In this document: positions 1 through 8,654 of the stretch, piece after piece
How the letters are laid out: each line of letters begins with the position of its first letter
Position numbering within the stretch: position 1 is the first letter of the stretch
Assembly: GCA_050949565.1 (NCBI GenBank)
Contig: JBMNFY010000017.1
Coordinates: forward strand, 288,001-352,000
Length of the DNA stretch: 64,000 nt
From: Kiritimatiellia bacterium
GTDB taxonomy: Bacteria > Verrucomicrobiota > Kiritimatiellia > RFP12 > UBA1067
Reading direction: 5' to 3'
Notes under the pieces: generated by a model
The model's input: only the letters and a program-made list of their open reading frames with translations
Told to the model about the DNA's origin: nothing
The model's database searches: none
Program-made: the position numbers and the translations under genes

Positions 1-1
1 C

Positions 2-484
2 GCGTCCTGCGACTGGGGCTGCAAGAAGAACAGCAAGGGCAAGACAGAATGCTGGCGCGGCTACAAGGCCCATCTGGACGTGATCGACGGCGATATCCCG
101 GTCAGCTTCATACTCACTTCCGCCAGCCTGCACGACAGCCAGGCCGCCATCCCGCTGGCGCAGATGACCGCCGGACGGATCGTCAACCTCTATGATCTGG
201 CCGACGCCGCCTACGACGCCAAGGAGATCCGCGAGATGTCGGCGCGGCTGGGGCACGTGGCGCTCATCGACCACAACCCGCGCCGGGGCGAGAAGATCGA
301 GTTCTCCCCGGCGGAAGCCCGGCGCTACCACGAACGCACGGCCGTCGAGCGCGTCAACAGCCATCTGCACGAAGAGCACGGCGGACGGAACGTCCGGGTG
401 CGCGGCCCGGCGAAGGTGGCGGCGCATCTGGCCTTCGGGCTGCTGGTCATCGCCGCCGAGCAGATGCTCAGAATGCTTCCCTGA
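2..484 (+). mobile_element. DDE transposase (IS4/IS5/IS1182-like), C-terminal part; 5' end lies outside the window
   Basis: The frame is open from position 2: ...DWGCKKNSKGKTECWRGYKAH...LHDS...DAAYD...RYHERTAVERVNS. The GYK-H, D..YD and Y..R..VER motifs are typical of DDE_Tnp_1-type transposases. Confidence 0.85.
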
Positions 485-624
485 CCGGCCCCGCGGCAGA
501 CTGCCCTCCCTGAAAACCCGCCCGCGACCGGGCGGAGGCGCCGGGGTCTGCCCGGAAACATCCGAAAAACGGGAAAAACGCCCTGTCGCGTCCGTTTTTC
601 AGCAACCGCTGCGCCTCTTCGTCA

Positions 625-726
625 GAAAATCCTGCAAAATCCCTTGCGTGCAGGCGTGGCACGGGCATCCTGCCCGTGTTTCATGGGCGGGACGCCCATG
701 TCACGAGGGGGTTTTGCAAGAGCCTC
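625..726 (+). mobile_element. IS right end (IR GGGGTTTTGCAAGAGCCTC) containing a GTGG-type REP doublet; source-like copy of the ~101-bp MITE
   Basis: GTGGCACGGGCATCCTGCCCGTG-TTT-CATGGGCGGGACGCCCATG followed by the IR. Near-identical to 47988-48078 (+) and 59367-59467 (-). Confidence 0.8.
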
Positions 727-882
727 ATGAATGACGTCATTATTACATTTTACCTTCCCCGCGTCAAGGCAACGCCGGAACTAATTTTGAAAGCCGATCT
801 GTGAAACGCGCAACACACTCACCACGCCTGAGTATTATCCGCTCACGCTCAATGCGTTGCTCGCCAAACTTGAGCCGCGTTG

Positions 883-1893
883 TCATGAGTCGATAGGGGG
901 TTCGGGGGCGGAGCCCCCGTTCTTCGCCGCCTCACACAGGGCAATAATCCGGACATTCATCAGCTCGCAGTTCATGCGGCTCACCGGGAACGTCGGGACA
1001 TCGGCGGGGAAGGAACTGAGAATCAGCTCCCGCCCCGCCGCCAGGTGGCGGCTGTCCTCGACCGTGGGATCAAAGCGCGGCGGCAGCCCATGAGGCACGC
1101 TCTTGATCCAGCGCGCATGCGAAGACAGCCGAAGCCGCTGCTCAACCTCCTTTTCTGCAGGTGAGAGAAAGCCAGAAACCGGAATCATGCCGCGCTCCGC
1201 CTTCTCGACCGCGTCGGCAATCGCAGCTTCCTGCTCGGCAACAGGGACTCGGCGCGTCAGTCGAACGGGGAAGAGGAACGGCGAGGCCAATAGTGTGAGA
1301 TCGCCGTACCCGCTCCATGGGAGTGCCGGATCGAGCACGCGGTGTCGCAGCCCAGAATGGCGGGCGAAACGATCCGGATGATCGCGCTTCCAGATGGCAC
1401 GAGCCGGGTTGTTGCGGATGTAGGTGCGGATCGCCCGCAATTGACGAGAGTCAAGGGAGAGATCCATCCAAAAATCTGGCTCCCAGAACGGGGCAAAGGA
1501 CGGGGGCCGCCCCCCCGAACCCCCGCCCGGCGCAGGCGGCGTGTTACGCAGGACGCGGGGCGGCGGGCCGCCCGTTGTAATCATGCGCTCGGTTTCCTCT
1601 CGGAAGGCATGCACGAAGACGAGCGGGTTAAAGATGGGGTCGGCGTCGTAGTTGACGATGAGCAGGAAATGGACATGATCCGGCATGATGACAAAATCAC
1701 TGGCTGTCAGAGCGGAATTGAGGCCGTGCAGTGCCCTCAGCATTTCAAGCACCTTCTTGCCAGATTCCGTGAGCACCGGCCGTGTCTTCTCGTCCACGAG
1801 CCGGGAAAGGATGGGCCTCCGCTTGTTTACGCAAACGGTAAAAAAGAAGAACTGCCTCCCCCGATGCCGGAACTTAAGCTTCATAACCGCCAC
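883..1893 (-). CDS. REP-associated tyrosine transposase (RAYT, Y1 HUH) with a C-terminal DprA/SLOG-like extension
   Basis: N-terminal FFFTVC, HUH motif FVIMPDHVHFL, W..DF.D and YIRNNP motifs; ~150 extra C-terminal residues (GYGD..LL, VSGFLSPAEK, GRELILS); flanked by GC palindromic repeats. Confidence 0.8.
   Translation of the reverse strand: MAVMKLKFRHRGRQFFFFTVCVNKRRPILSRLVDEKTRPVLTESGKKVLEMLRALHGLNSALTASDFVIMPDHVHFLLIVNYDADPIFNPLVFVHAFREETERMITTGGPPPRVLRNTPPAPGGGSGGRPPSFAPFWEPDFWMDLSLDSRQLRAIRTYIRNNPARAIWKRDHPDRFARHSGLRHRVLDPALPWSGYGDLTLLASPFLFPVRLTRRVPVAEQEAAIADAVEKAERGMIPVSGFLSPAEKEVEQRLRLSSHARWIKSVPHGLPPRFDPTVEDSRHLAAGRELILSSFPADVPTFPVSRMNCELMNVRIIALCEAAKNGGSAPEPPIDS
896..920 (+). repeat. 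REP-like palindrome GGGGGTTCGGGGGCGGAGCCCCCGT, copy 1 (inside the RAYT 3' end)
   Basis: Identical 25-mer at 1903-1927; hairpin GGGGGC-GGA-GCCCCC. Confidence 0.9.
1502..1575 (-). repeat. Variant REP-like copies inside the RAYT CDS
   Basis: 1502-1525 reads GGGGGTTCGGGGGGGCGGCCCCC on the minus strand, an inverted variant of the flanking 25-mer. A further GC hairpin lies at 1557-1575. Confidence 0.7.
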
Positions 1894-1902
1894 TCAATAC
1901 AC

Positions 1903-1927
1903 GGGGGTTCGGGGGCGGAGCCCCCGT
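1903..1927 (+). repeat. REP-like palindrome, copy 2 (just upstream of the RAYT start)
   Basis: Identical to 896-920. Confidence 0.9.
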
Positions 1928-1941
1928 CCTTCCGTCCTTGC

Positions 1942-2685
1942 TCACTCCTCAAACCACGCGCCGACGGTTTCTGCAAAGGCCGCCAGATCGGGCAGGCAGA
2001 GTTGCGCCCGGTCGTCGAATGATGTCGGCTGAGCGTTGACGATCACCAGTTTCCCGCCGGTCCGCAAAGTCTCGCCGGGCAGCGCGGCCACGGGATGCAC
2101 CGTCAGCGAAGTGCCGAGCACCAGCATCAGGTCGGCCTGACGCGCCTGCGCAACGGCTTCCGCGAGCGCAGCCTCGGGCAACGCCTCGCCGAAGAAGGTG
2201 ACGTCGGGTTTGTAGGCCGCGCCGCATTGGGTGCACAGCGCAACTGGCCCATGCTGTTTCAGCAACGCACAGACCTCGTCAAAGGTGGCGCAATGTCCGC
2301 AACGAATGCAGTGGTGCTGGATCGGCGAGCCGTGAGCCTCGATCACATGGCGCGAGCCAGCCTTCTGGTGGAGCATGTCGATGTTCTGCGTAATGATCGC
2401 CTTAAGCCGACCGACCTGCTCCAGCCGGGCAAGCAGTGTGTGAACCGGGCCGGGCGCATAACGGTCAAGCCCGTAGATCATCTCGCGGCAGGCCTCGTAG
2501 TAGATGGCAGGATCACGACGGAACCAGTGGATGTCGAAGATCCGCTCAGCGCCGGGTTGTCGATAGAGCCCCTGCGGTCCCCGAAAGTCGGGGATGCCGG
2601 CCAACGTGGAAATCCCGGCCCCGGTCAAGGCCACCATATGGTCGGCCTGCTGTATCATCGTCTTTAGGTCAGCTCTGTTTGTCAT
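1942..2685 (-). CDS. cobB: NAD-dependent protein deacylase, Sir2 family
   Basis: TGAGIS..GIPDFRG, TQNIDMLH, HGS, two CxxC Zn motifs, KPDVTFFGE, GTSL. Start moved to ATG 2685, which sits 6 nt below a -10 box. Confidence 0.93.
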   Translation of the reverse strand: MTNRADLKTMIQQADHMVALTGAGISTLAGIPDFRGPQGLYRQPGAERIFDIHWFRRDPAIYYEACREMIYGLDRYAPGPVHTLLARLEQVGRLKAIITQNIDMLHQKAGSRHVIEAHGSPIQHHCIRCGHCATFDEVCALLKQHGPVALCTQCGAAYKPDVTFFGEALPEAALAEAVAQARQADLMLVLGTSLTVHPVAALPGETLRTGGKLVIVNAQPTSFDDRAQLCLPDLAAFAETVGAWFEE

Positions 2686-2691
2686 GCCTGC

Positions 2692-2720
2692 ATTGTACGA
2701 CAACCGGCGCAGTGTGTCAC
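2692..2720 (-). promoter_or_regulatory. sigma70-like promoter giving a probably leaderless cobB mRNA
   Basis: The minus strand reads GTGACA-17nt-TACAAT-6nt-ATG. Confidence 0.7.
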
Positions 2721-2724
2721 GCGC

Positions 2725-3387
2725 TCATTGGTAGGTCTGATAGACCAACAACGGACCGCCCTCGAAAACCAGCTTGAAGGTTTCGCCAAGCGACTCGTTC
2801 AGCGCGGCCTGCCACCAGCGGGTGAAGGGCACGCCGTCGAGCGCGTATTTCAGGCCTTCGGCGTAAACCTGAAGATCAGGCGCGAGCGCAAAGACCGAGA
2901 CCTGCTGCCCTGCATGCGACCGGAACTGCGTAGAGGCGAGTACCGGTGTGAAAACTCCGGTGTCGGTCAGCAACACGACGCGCCCGCGGACAGTGCCTGC
3001 AGTACGCGACGCATGCAGTGTCTGTGCGAAATCCGCCAGCCAGGCGAGATTGCTCAGCGTGTGATCCTCACGCAGACCGGTGGCACCCACGATCACCAGA
3101 TCACGCCAGCCCTGCTCCAGACAGAAATGGAAGGCCTTGGCCAGATCGTTGGTCTCCTGCTCAGCCACCGCCACCAGGCGATCCTGATAGCGCATGCGAC
3201 TCTCTTCGGCGATACTGTCGAGATCCCCCACGATCCAGTCCGGCACAATGTCCGCCGCCTCCAGCTTTTCAGCCGCGCCATCGCAGCACACCACGCGCCG
3301 CGCCCCGCGCAACGCTGCCAGCGGCAGCGGATGCGACGGGAACGCGCCGTTCGCTACGATGACACATTTGGAAAGCGGCGGTTTCAT
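2725..3387 (-). CDS. thiN: thiamine diphosphokinase
   Basis: IVANG, CCDGAA, VGDLDS, QETND..KA, GATG.REDH.L.N, GLKY.L motifs. Confidence 0.9.
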   Translation of the reverse strand: MKPPLSKCVIVANGAFPSHPLPLAALRGARRVVCCDGAAEKLEAADIVPDWIVGDLDSIAEESRMRYQDRLVAVAEQETNDLAKAFHFCLEQGWRDLVIVGATGLREDHTLSNLAWLADFAQTLHASRTAGTVRGRVVLLTDTGVFTPVLASTQFRSHAGQQVSVFALAPDLQVYAEGLKYALDGVPFTRWWQAALNESLGETFKLVFEGGPLLVYQTYQ

Positions 3388-3409
3388 CACAATTTTCCTC
3401 TTACTTCGC

Positions 3410-4957
3410 TCATGCGTCGGCGCGCGAACTGTCACTTTTTTCATCAAGCAACACATTCAGCGCCTGCAGATAGGCCAGGATGCTGCCCTCGATCACGTCG
3501 GTCGAGACACCGCGCCCGTGGTAGACGCGCTCGCCGTCACGCACGCGCACCGTCGCCTCGCACTGGGCGTCCCGACCGCCGGTGATAGCGTTGAGTTGGA
3601 AGCTTTCCAGCGTGACCTTCAGGCCCAGCAATTGATTGATCGCCTTGAACGAGGCATTGATCGGACCGTCACTCGCGGCGACGTGCTCTATCAGCTTACC
3701 GTCACGCAGCAGACGGATCGTACCCACCGGCGTGATCGCGTTGCTGGCCGTGACGTTGAAACGGTCGAGCTTGACGTGCTCGGTGATCATGATCTGCATG
3801 CCGTGCGCCAGCGCTTCGAGGTCGGCGTCGGTCACGGTCTTCTTGCGGTCGGCGAGATCCTTGAACTTTTCGAACAGCTCATTGAGGCGCGCCTCGTCCA
3901 AGTGAAAGCCCAATTCGTTCAGACGGCTCTCAAAGGCATGCCGTCCTGAGTGCTTACCCAGCACCATCTTATTGCGCGGCAGGCCGATCGACGCAGGCGT
4001 CATGATCTCGTAGGTCAGCGGGTTAGCGAGCACGCCGTGCTGGTGGATGCCGGCCTCATGCGCAAAGGCATTCTCGCCGACAATGGCCTTGTTCGCCTGC
4101 ACGCGGCTGCCGGTGACGGTAATCACGCAACGGCTGGTCGCATAGATCTTGGTGGTGTCGATGTTGGTCTCGGCCTGGAAAAACTCGCGGCGCGTGTGCA
4201 GCGCCATGACGATCTCTTCCAGGGCAGCGTTACCCGCACGTTCGCCAATGCCGTTGACGGTGCATTCGACCTGATCGGCACCGGCACGCACAGCGGCCAG
4301 CGAGTTGGCGACCGCCAACCCGAGGTCATTGTGACAATGCACGGCCAGCCGCGCCTTGTCGATGTTCGGCACGTTGTTCCTGATGTCCTCGATCAGCTTG
4401 CCGAATTGCTCCGGCACGGCATACCCCACGGTGTCGGGGATATTGACCGTTCCAGCGCCCGCCGCGATCACGCCTTCCACCACGCGGTAGATGAACGGAC
4501 GCTCGCTGCGCGAGCAGTCCTCCAGCGAGAACTGGACATCGCCGCACAGGTTGCGCGCATGCTTGACCATCGCCACCGCCTGCTCGTACACCGCATCCGG
4601 CTCCATCTTCAGTTTGCAGGCCATGTGGATCGGCGAGGTTGCGATGAAGGTATGGATGCGGGGATGCTTCGCCTGACGCACCGCTTCCCATGCGCGGTCA
4701 ATGTCCTTGGGCAACGCCCGGCACAGACTGGCCACCGTAGCCTCCTTGACCACGCCGGCAATGGCTCTGACCGACTCGAAGTCGCCGACTGAGGCGATCG
4801 CGAAACCGGCCTCGATGACATCCACGCGCAACGCCTCGAGATGCTCCGCGACCAACAGTTTGTCGCGCAGGTTCATGGTGCAACCCGGCGACTGCTCGCC
4901 GTCGCGCAGGGTGGTGTCGAATATGTAGATGCGTCGCATCTCAGAAGTTTCGCTCAT
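3410..4957 (-). CDS. leuA: 2-isopropylmalate synthase
   Basis: FDTTLRDGEQSPG, IEAGF, HCHNDLG, NGIGERAGNA, HEAGIHQHG, LGKHSG and a C-terminal regulatory domain. Start set at MSETSE. Confidence 0.95.
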   Translation of the reverse strand: MSETSEMRRIYIFDTTLRDGEQSPGCTMNLRDKLLVAEHLEALRVDVIEAGFAIASVGDFESVRAIAGVVKEATVASLCRALPKDIDRAWEAVRQAKHPRIHTFIATSPIHMACKLKMEPDAVYEQAVAMVKHARNLCGDVQFSLEDCSRSERPFIYRVVEGVIAAGAGTVNIPDTVGYAVPEQFGKLIEDIRNNVPNIDKARLAVHCHNDLGLAVANSLAAVRAGADQVECTVNGIGERAGNAALEEIVMALHTRREFFQAETNIDTTKIYATSRCVITVTGSRVQANKAIVGENAFAHEAGIHQHGVLANPLTYEIMTPASIGLPRNKMVLGKHSGRHAFESRLNELGFHLDEARLNELFEKFKDLADRKKTVTDADLEALAHGMQIMITEHVKLDRFNVTASNAITPVGTIRLLRDGKLIEHVAASDGPINASFKAINQLLGLKVTLESFQLNAITGGRDAQCEATVRVRDGERVYHGRGVSTDVIEGSILAYLQALNVLLDEKSDSSRADA

Positions 4958-5046
4958 GGTTCTGTTTCCTCGTCGTGCCCCTGTCGGGGCTGTTATCGTT
5001 TTGGTTTCCGGGCTTTGCCCCCGTAATCCGCCACGCTGTCGCCGGG

Positions 5047-5090
5047 AAAACAAAAACCCCCGCGGCAGCATTCGCTGATCCACGGGAGTT
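5047..5090 (-). terminator. attenuator terminator upstream of leuA
   Basis: Minus strand CTCCCGTGG-ATCAGC-GAAT-GCTG-CCGCGGGGG-TTTTTGTTTT. Confidence 0.8.
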
Positions 5091-5118
5091 CTGGCCTTAC
5101 CTTCGCACTGCGAAAAAC

Positions 5119-5199
5119 CTACACGTCAACCCTCCCGTGGCCGCACAGCAGCCACAAGCCGGTAAGTCGCAGGTTAATCGCTATGACTTTCGATGTCAT
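5119..5199 (-). CDS. leu leader peptide MTSKVIAINLRLTGLWLLCGHGRVDV (26 aa)
   Basis: Short ORF with 5 Leu within 9 codons. It contains CCACGGGAG, which is complementary to the 5' arm of the terminator (antiterminator). Confidence 0.75.
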   Translation of the reverse strand: MTSKVIAINLRLTGLWLLCGHGRVDV

Positions 5200-5272
5200 T
5201 TGCGGGTATCATGACATAGTTGGGCCGTCTCTGACAAGCGGAATCGAAAATCCAAAAACTAAAATTTTCGAT

Positions 5273-5301
5273 TTGTTGGCGCAGCTCAATTTTGCTAATG
5301 T
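5273..5301 (+). promoter_or_regulatory. putative rpsA promoter
   Basis: TTGTTG-17nt-TAATGT with an extended TGn. Confidence 0.5.
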
Positions 5302-5492
5302 GTTTGTTTTTACCCGTTGTACGGGTGGAAACGAGTGGCACGTCCCGGTCGGGTGACCGGTTCCGCGGCCCTCATAAACAGTCACAGACTAACAAACCTC
5401 AAAACAAACGTCGGCCGGACATCGCGACGCCGCAACGGCGCGCAACGTGCCTCGCACAATCACTTTATCCGGCGGACGGGAACACAATTCAC

Positions 5493-7235
5493 ATGGCAAT
5501 CCGTAAACCCACGACCGCAGCAACAAAGACCGGTCCACTCTATGACGCAATGGCGGCAGCGCTGGACCAGACGATGAATCAGTTCACGGTCGGCTCCATC
5601 ATCAAGGGTACAGTCAGCGGTATCAAAGGCAACGAAGTTTTCGTTGATATTGGTTACAAATCAGAGGGCGTGGTTTCAATAAACGAGTTTGAAGACCCGA
5701 CCCAGATCAAGACGGGCGATGAAATCGATGTGCTGCTGGAACAGCTTGAGAGCGATTCCGGCATGGTGGTGCTGAGCAAGTCCCGCGCGGATGAGAAGCT
5801 GCGCTGGGATGCGGTTCTGGCCAAATACACGGAAGGCGGCGTGGTCACAGGCACCATCCGCAACAAGGTGCGTGGCGGTTTGATCGTGAACGTGGACGGC
5901 GTGGACGCCTTCCTCCCCGGTTCGCAGGTCGATGTCACGCCTGTGCATGACCCCGACCCCTATCTGGGCACGACCAGCGAATTTAAAGTCATCAAGATCA
6001 GCAACGAACGCCGCAACATCATTGTGTCGCGCCGTGAGTTGATCGAAGAGCGTCTGGCGGAAAAGAAGCGCGAACTGCTCGGCACCATCGAGAAGGGCCA
6101 GATGCGCCACGGCCGCGTCAAGAACATTACCGATTTCGGTGCGTTCGTGGACTTGGACGGGCTGGACGGTCTGTTGCACATTACCGATATGAGTTGGGGC
6201 CGCATCAAGCACCCGAACGAGATGCTCAAGGTCGGCGACGAACTCGACGTGATCATCCTCGAGGTCGACATGGAGCGTGAGCGCGTGTCGCTGGGCCTCA
6301 AGCAGGCCACGCCGAATCCGTGGGACAATATCGGCGACACCTATCCGGTCGGCAGCCGTCTGCGCGGCAAGGTGGTCAATCTGGTGCCCTACGGTGCTTT
6401 CGTCGAGATCGAGCCCGGCATCGAAGGTCTGGTACACGTCTCAGAATTCTCCTGGACCAAGCGCGTGGCCCGCGCCTCTGACATGCTCAGCGTTGGCGAC
6501 GAGGTCGACGTGGTAGTGCTCAGCATCGACGCCGAAAACCAAAAGATCGCGTTGGGCATCCGTCAGACCGAGGCCAACCCGTGGGACACGGTGCAGGATC
6601 GTTACCCGGTCGGCAGCCGCGTGAGCGGCAAGGTCCGCAACTTCACGACCTACGGTGCCTTTGTCGAACTGGAAGAGGGCATCGACGGCATGATCCATGT
6701 CTCTGACATGTCTTGGACGCGCAAGATCAACCACCCGAGCGAAGTCCTCCAGAAGGGGATGCAGGTCGACGCGGTGGTGCTCGAGGTCAATCCGGCCGAT
6801 CAGCGCATCAGTCTGGGCCTCAAGCAGGCCAGCGACGACCCGTGGAACACGATCGCCAGCCGCTACGCCATCGGCCAGATCGTCACCGGCAAGGTCTCCA
6901 AGATCGCCTCCTTCGGCGCGTTCGTTGAACTCGAGGACGGCGTGGACGGGCTCGTCCACATCTCCCAGATCAGCGACCAGCATGTGGAGAAGGTCAAGGA
7001 CGCCCTCAAGGTCGGGCAGGATGTCGAGGCGCGCATCGTGAAGATCGATCGCGACGAACGCCGCATCGGCCTGAGCATCAGGGCGGTCACCATGAACGAG
7101 AGCCAGATCGCCGAATTGACGCGCGACCTGAGCATCACAGACCTCAAGCCGGGCGAGAACCTGGTGGGTCTGGCGGCAGCCTTCGACGACGCCTTCGCGC
7201 AGAGCGAAGAGTGGCGTCCGGGCGCCGACGAATAA
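5493..7235 (+). CDS. rpsA: 30S ribosomal protein S1
   Basis: Six S1 repeats (VDIGYKSEG, AFLPGSQ, DFGAFVDL.G.DGLLHITDMSW, YGAFVE...). Start set at MAIRKP. Confidence 0.97.
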   Translation: MAIRKPTTAATKTGPLYDAMAAALDQTMNQFTVGSIIKGTVSGIKGNEVFVDIGYKSEGVVSINEFEDPTQIKTGDEIDVLLEQLESDSGMVVLSKSRADEKLRWDAVLAKYTEGGVVTGTIRNKVRGGLIVNVDGVDAFLPGSQVDVTPVHDPDPYLGTTSEFKVIKISNERRNIIVSRRELIEERLAEKKRELLGTIEKGQMRHGRVKNITDFGAFVDLDGLDGLLHITDMSWGRIKHPNEMLKVGDELDVIILEVDMERERVSLGLKQATPNPWDNIGDTYPVGSRLRGKVVNLVPYGAFVEIEPGIEGLVHVSEFSWTKRVARASDMLSVGDEVDVVVLSIDAENQKIALGIRQTEANPWDTVQDRYPVGSRVSGKVRNFTTYGAFVELEEGIDGMIHVSDMSWTRKINHPSEVLQKGMQVDAVVLEVNPADQRISLGLKQASDDPWNTIASRYAIGQIVTGKVSKIASFGAFVELEDGVDGLVHISQISDQHVEKVKDALKVGQDVEARIVKIDRDERRIGLSIRAVTMNESQIAELTRDLSITDLKPGENLVGLAAAFDDAFAQSEEWRPGADE

Positions 7236-7242
7236 GTCCATG

Positions 7243-7278
7243 CGGGGCGTCTGGCAACAGGCGCCCCGTCCTTTTTTC
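7243..7278 (+). terminator. rho-independent terminator after rpsA
   Basis: CGGGGCGTCTG-GCAA-CAGGCGCCCCG followed by TCCTTTTTT. Confidence 0.8.
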
Positions 7279-7302
7279 AATGGAATCGAGAGAAGCGGCA
7301 CA

Positions 7303-7344
7303 CTCGATTAAATCGATTCTTTCGATTCCATCGATTCACTCGAC
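7303..7344. repeat. 9-bp-period tandem repeat (nTCGATTnn)x4-5
   Basis: TCGAT at 7304, 7313, 7322 and 7331, plus TCGAC at 7340. Confidence 0.85.
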
Positions 7345-7363
7345 AACAAGCTATACCCCCCCT

Positions 7364-8632
7364 ATGAACATCCTCGATACCTTTAAAGCCCGCCACCTAT
7401 TTGAAGACATGACGAGCCCGGAGTTGGCCAAAGCGCTGGACAAGCCGCTGACCGCCTATGCGGGCTTTGACCCCACTAACGACAGCCTGCAGGCCGGCAA
7501 CTTCGTGACCATCATGGCGCTGGCCCACCTGCAACGCGCGGGCCACAAGGTTATCGCACTCGTCGGCGGTGCCACCGGACTCATTGGCGACCCCTCCGGA
7601 AAATCCACCGAGCGCAACCTCCTCAGCGCGGAACAGGTCGAACACAATCTCGTCGGCATCAAAGAGAACCTCTCGCGCTTCCTCGATTTCAATCCGGCCT
7701 CTCCCAATCCGGCCATCCTCGTCAACAACTACGACTGGTTCAAGTCATTCACCTTTCTCGACCTGCTGCGCGATATCGGCCGCTACTTCCGCATGGGAAC
7801 CATGCTCAGCAAGGACAGCGTTAAGAAGCGCATGGAGTCCGAGGACGGCATGAGCTTTACCGAGTTCTGCTACCAGATCATGCAGGGCTATGACTTCTAC
7901 CACCTCTACAAGACCTATGGTTGCACCCTGCAGCTCGGCGGCTCTGATCAGTGGGGCAACATCACGGCCGGCACTGAACTGGTCCGGCGCATCGAGGGCC
8001 AAGAGGTGTTCGGCATGACCTTCCCGCTGGTCTGCGACAGCACCGGCAAAAAGTTCGGTAAGAGCGAGGGCAACGCGATCTTCCTCGACGCGCGCAAAAC
8101 CTCCTACTACGACTTCTACCAGTTCTTCCTACGCACGATGGATGCGGACGTCATCCGTTACCTCAAGATCTTCACCTTCCTGCCGCTGTCCCGCATCGCC
8201 GAGTTGGAGCAGGCGGTCGCCACTGCGCCAGAACAGCGCGAGGCGCAACAAGTGCTGGCCGAGGAACTAACCCGTGCCGTTCACGGTGAAAAAGGGCTTG
8301 CCGTGGCGCAGCAAGCCACGCAGGTGCTCTTCGGCGGCTCGCTCGACGGCCTTGCCGCCGCCGACTTGGAAGCGATCTTCGCCAACGTCCCCTCTGCCTC
8401 CCTGCCGGCCGCCGAAGTGCTCGGCAAACCGGCCTTCGAAGTCATCGCCGCAGCCGGCATGACCACGAGCAAAGGCGAGGCGCGCCGCCTCGTACAACAG
8501 GGCGGCCTCAGCATCAACAACCAGAAGGCGGGCGGCCTCGACCGCTGTTTCACGGCAGACGACTTGATTGAAGGGCGTCTCGCCGTCCTGCGCAGCGGCA
8601 AGAAGAGCTTCTTCCTGTTGCGCGCCGAATAA
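7364..8632 (+). CDS. tyrS: tyrosine--tRNA ligase
   Basis: YAGFDPT..SLQAGN (HIGH variant), QLGGSDQWGNI, KFGKSEG and a C-terminal S4 domain. Confidence 0.96.
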   Translation: MNILDTFKARHLFEDMTSPELAKALDKPLTAYAGFDPTNDSLQAGNFVTIMALAHLQRAGHKVIALVGGATGLIGDPSGKSTERNLLSAEQVEHNLVGIKENLSRFLDFNPASPNPAILVNNYDWFKSFTFLDLLRDIGRYFRMGTMLSKDSVKKRMESEDGMSFTEFCYQIMQGYDFYHLYKTYGCTLQLGGSDQWGNITAGTELVRRIEGQEVFGMTFPLVCDSTGKKFGKSEGNAIFLDARKTSYYDFYQFFLRTMDADVIRYLKIFTFLPLSRIAELEQAVATAPEQREAQQVLAEELTRAVHGEKGLAVAQQATQVLFGGSLDGLAAADLEAIFANVPSASLPAAEVLGKPAFEVIAAAGMTTSKGEARRLVQQGGLSINNQKAGGLDRCFTADDLIEGRLAVLRSGKKSFFLLRAE

Positions 8633-8654
8633 CCAAAAACGAAGGAGGTATCTG

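Noticed and set aside
835-846. TTATCCGCTCAC matches half of the lac operator
   Set aside because: Only 12 bp with no other vector sequence; likely chance or an unrelated operator.
4958-5492. N-terminal extensions of the leuA and rpsA ORFs in the track (also tyrS, gdhA, xylR, Type ISP)
   Set aside because: They run through terminators, promoters or repeats; downstream ATGs match the family starts.
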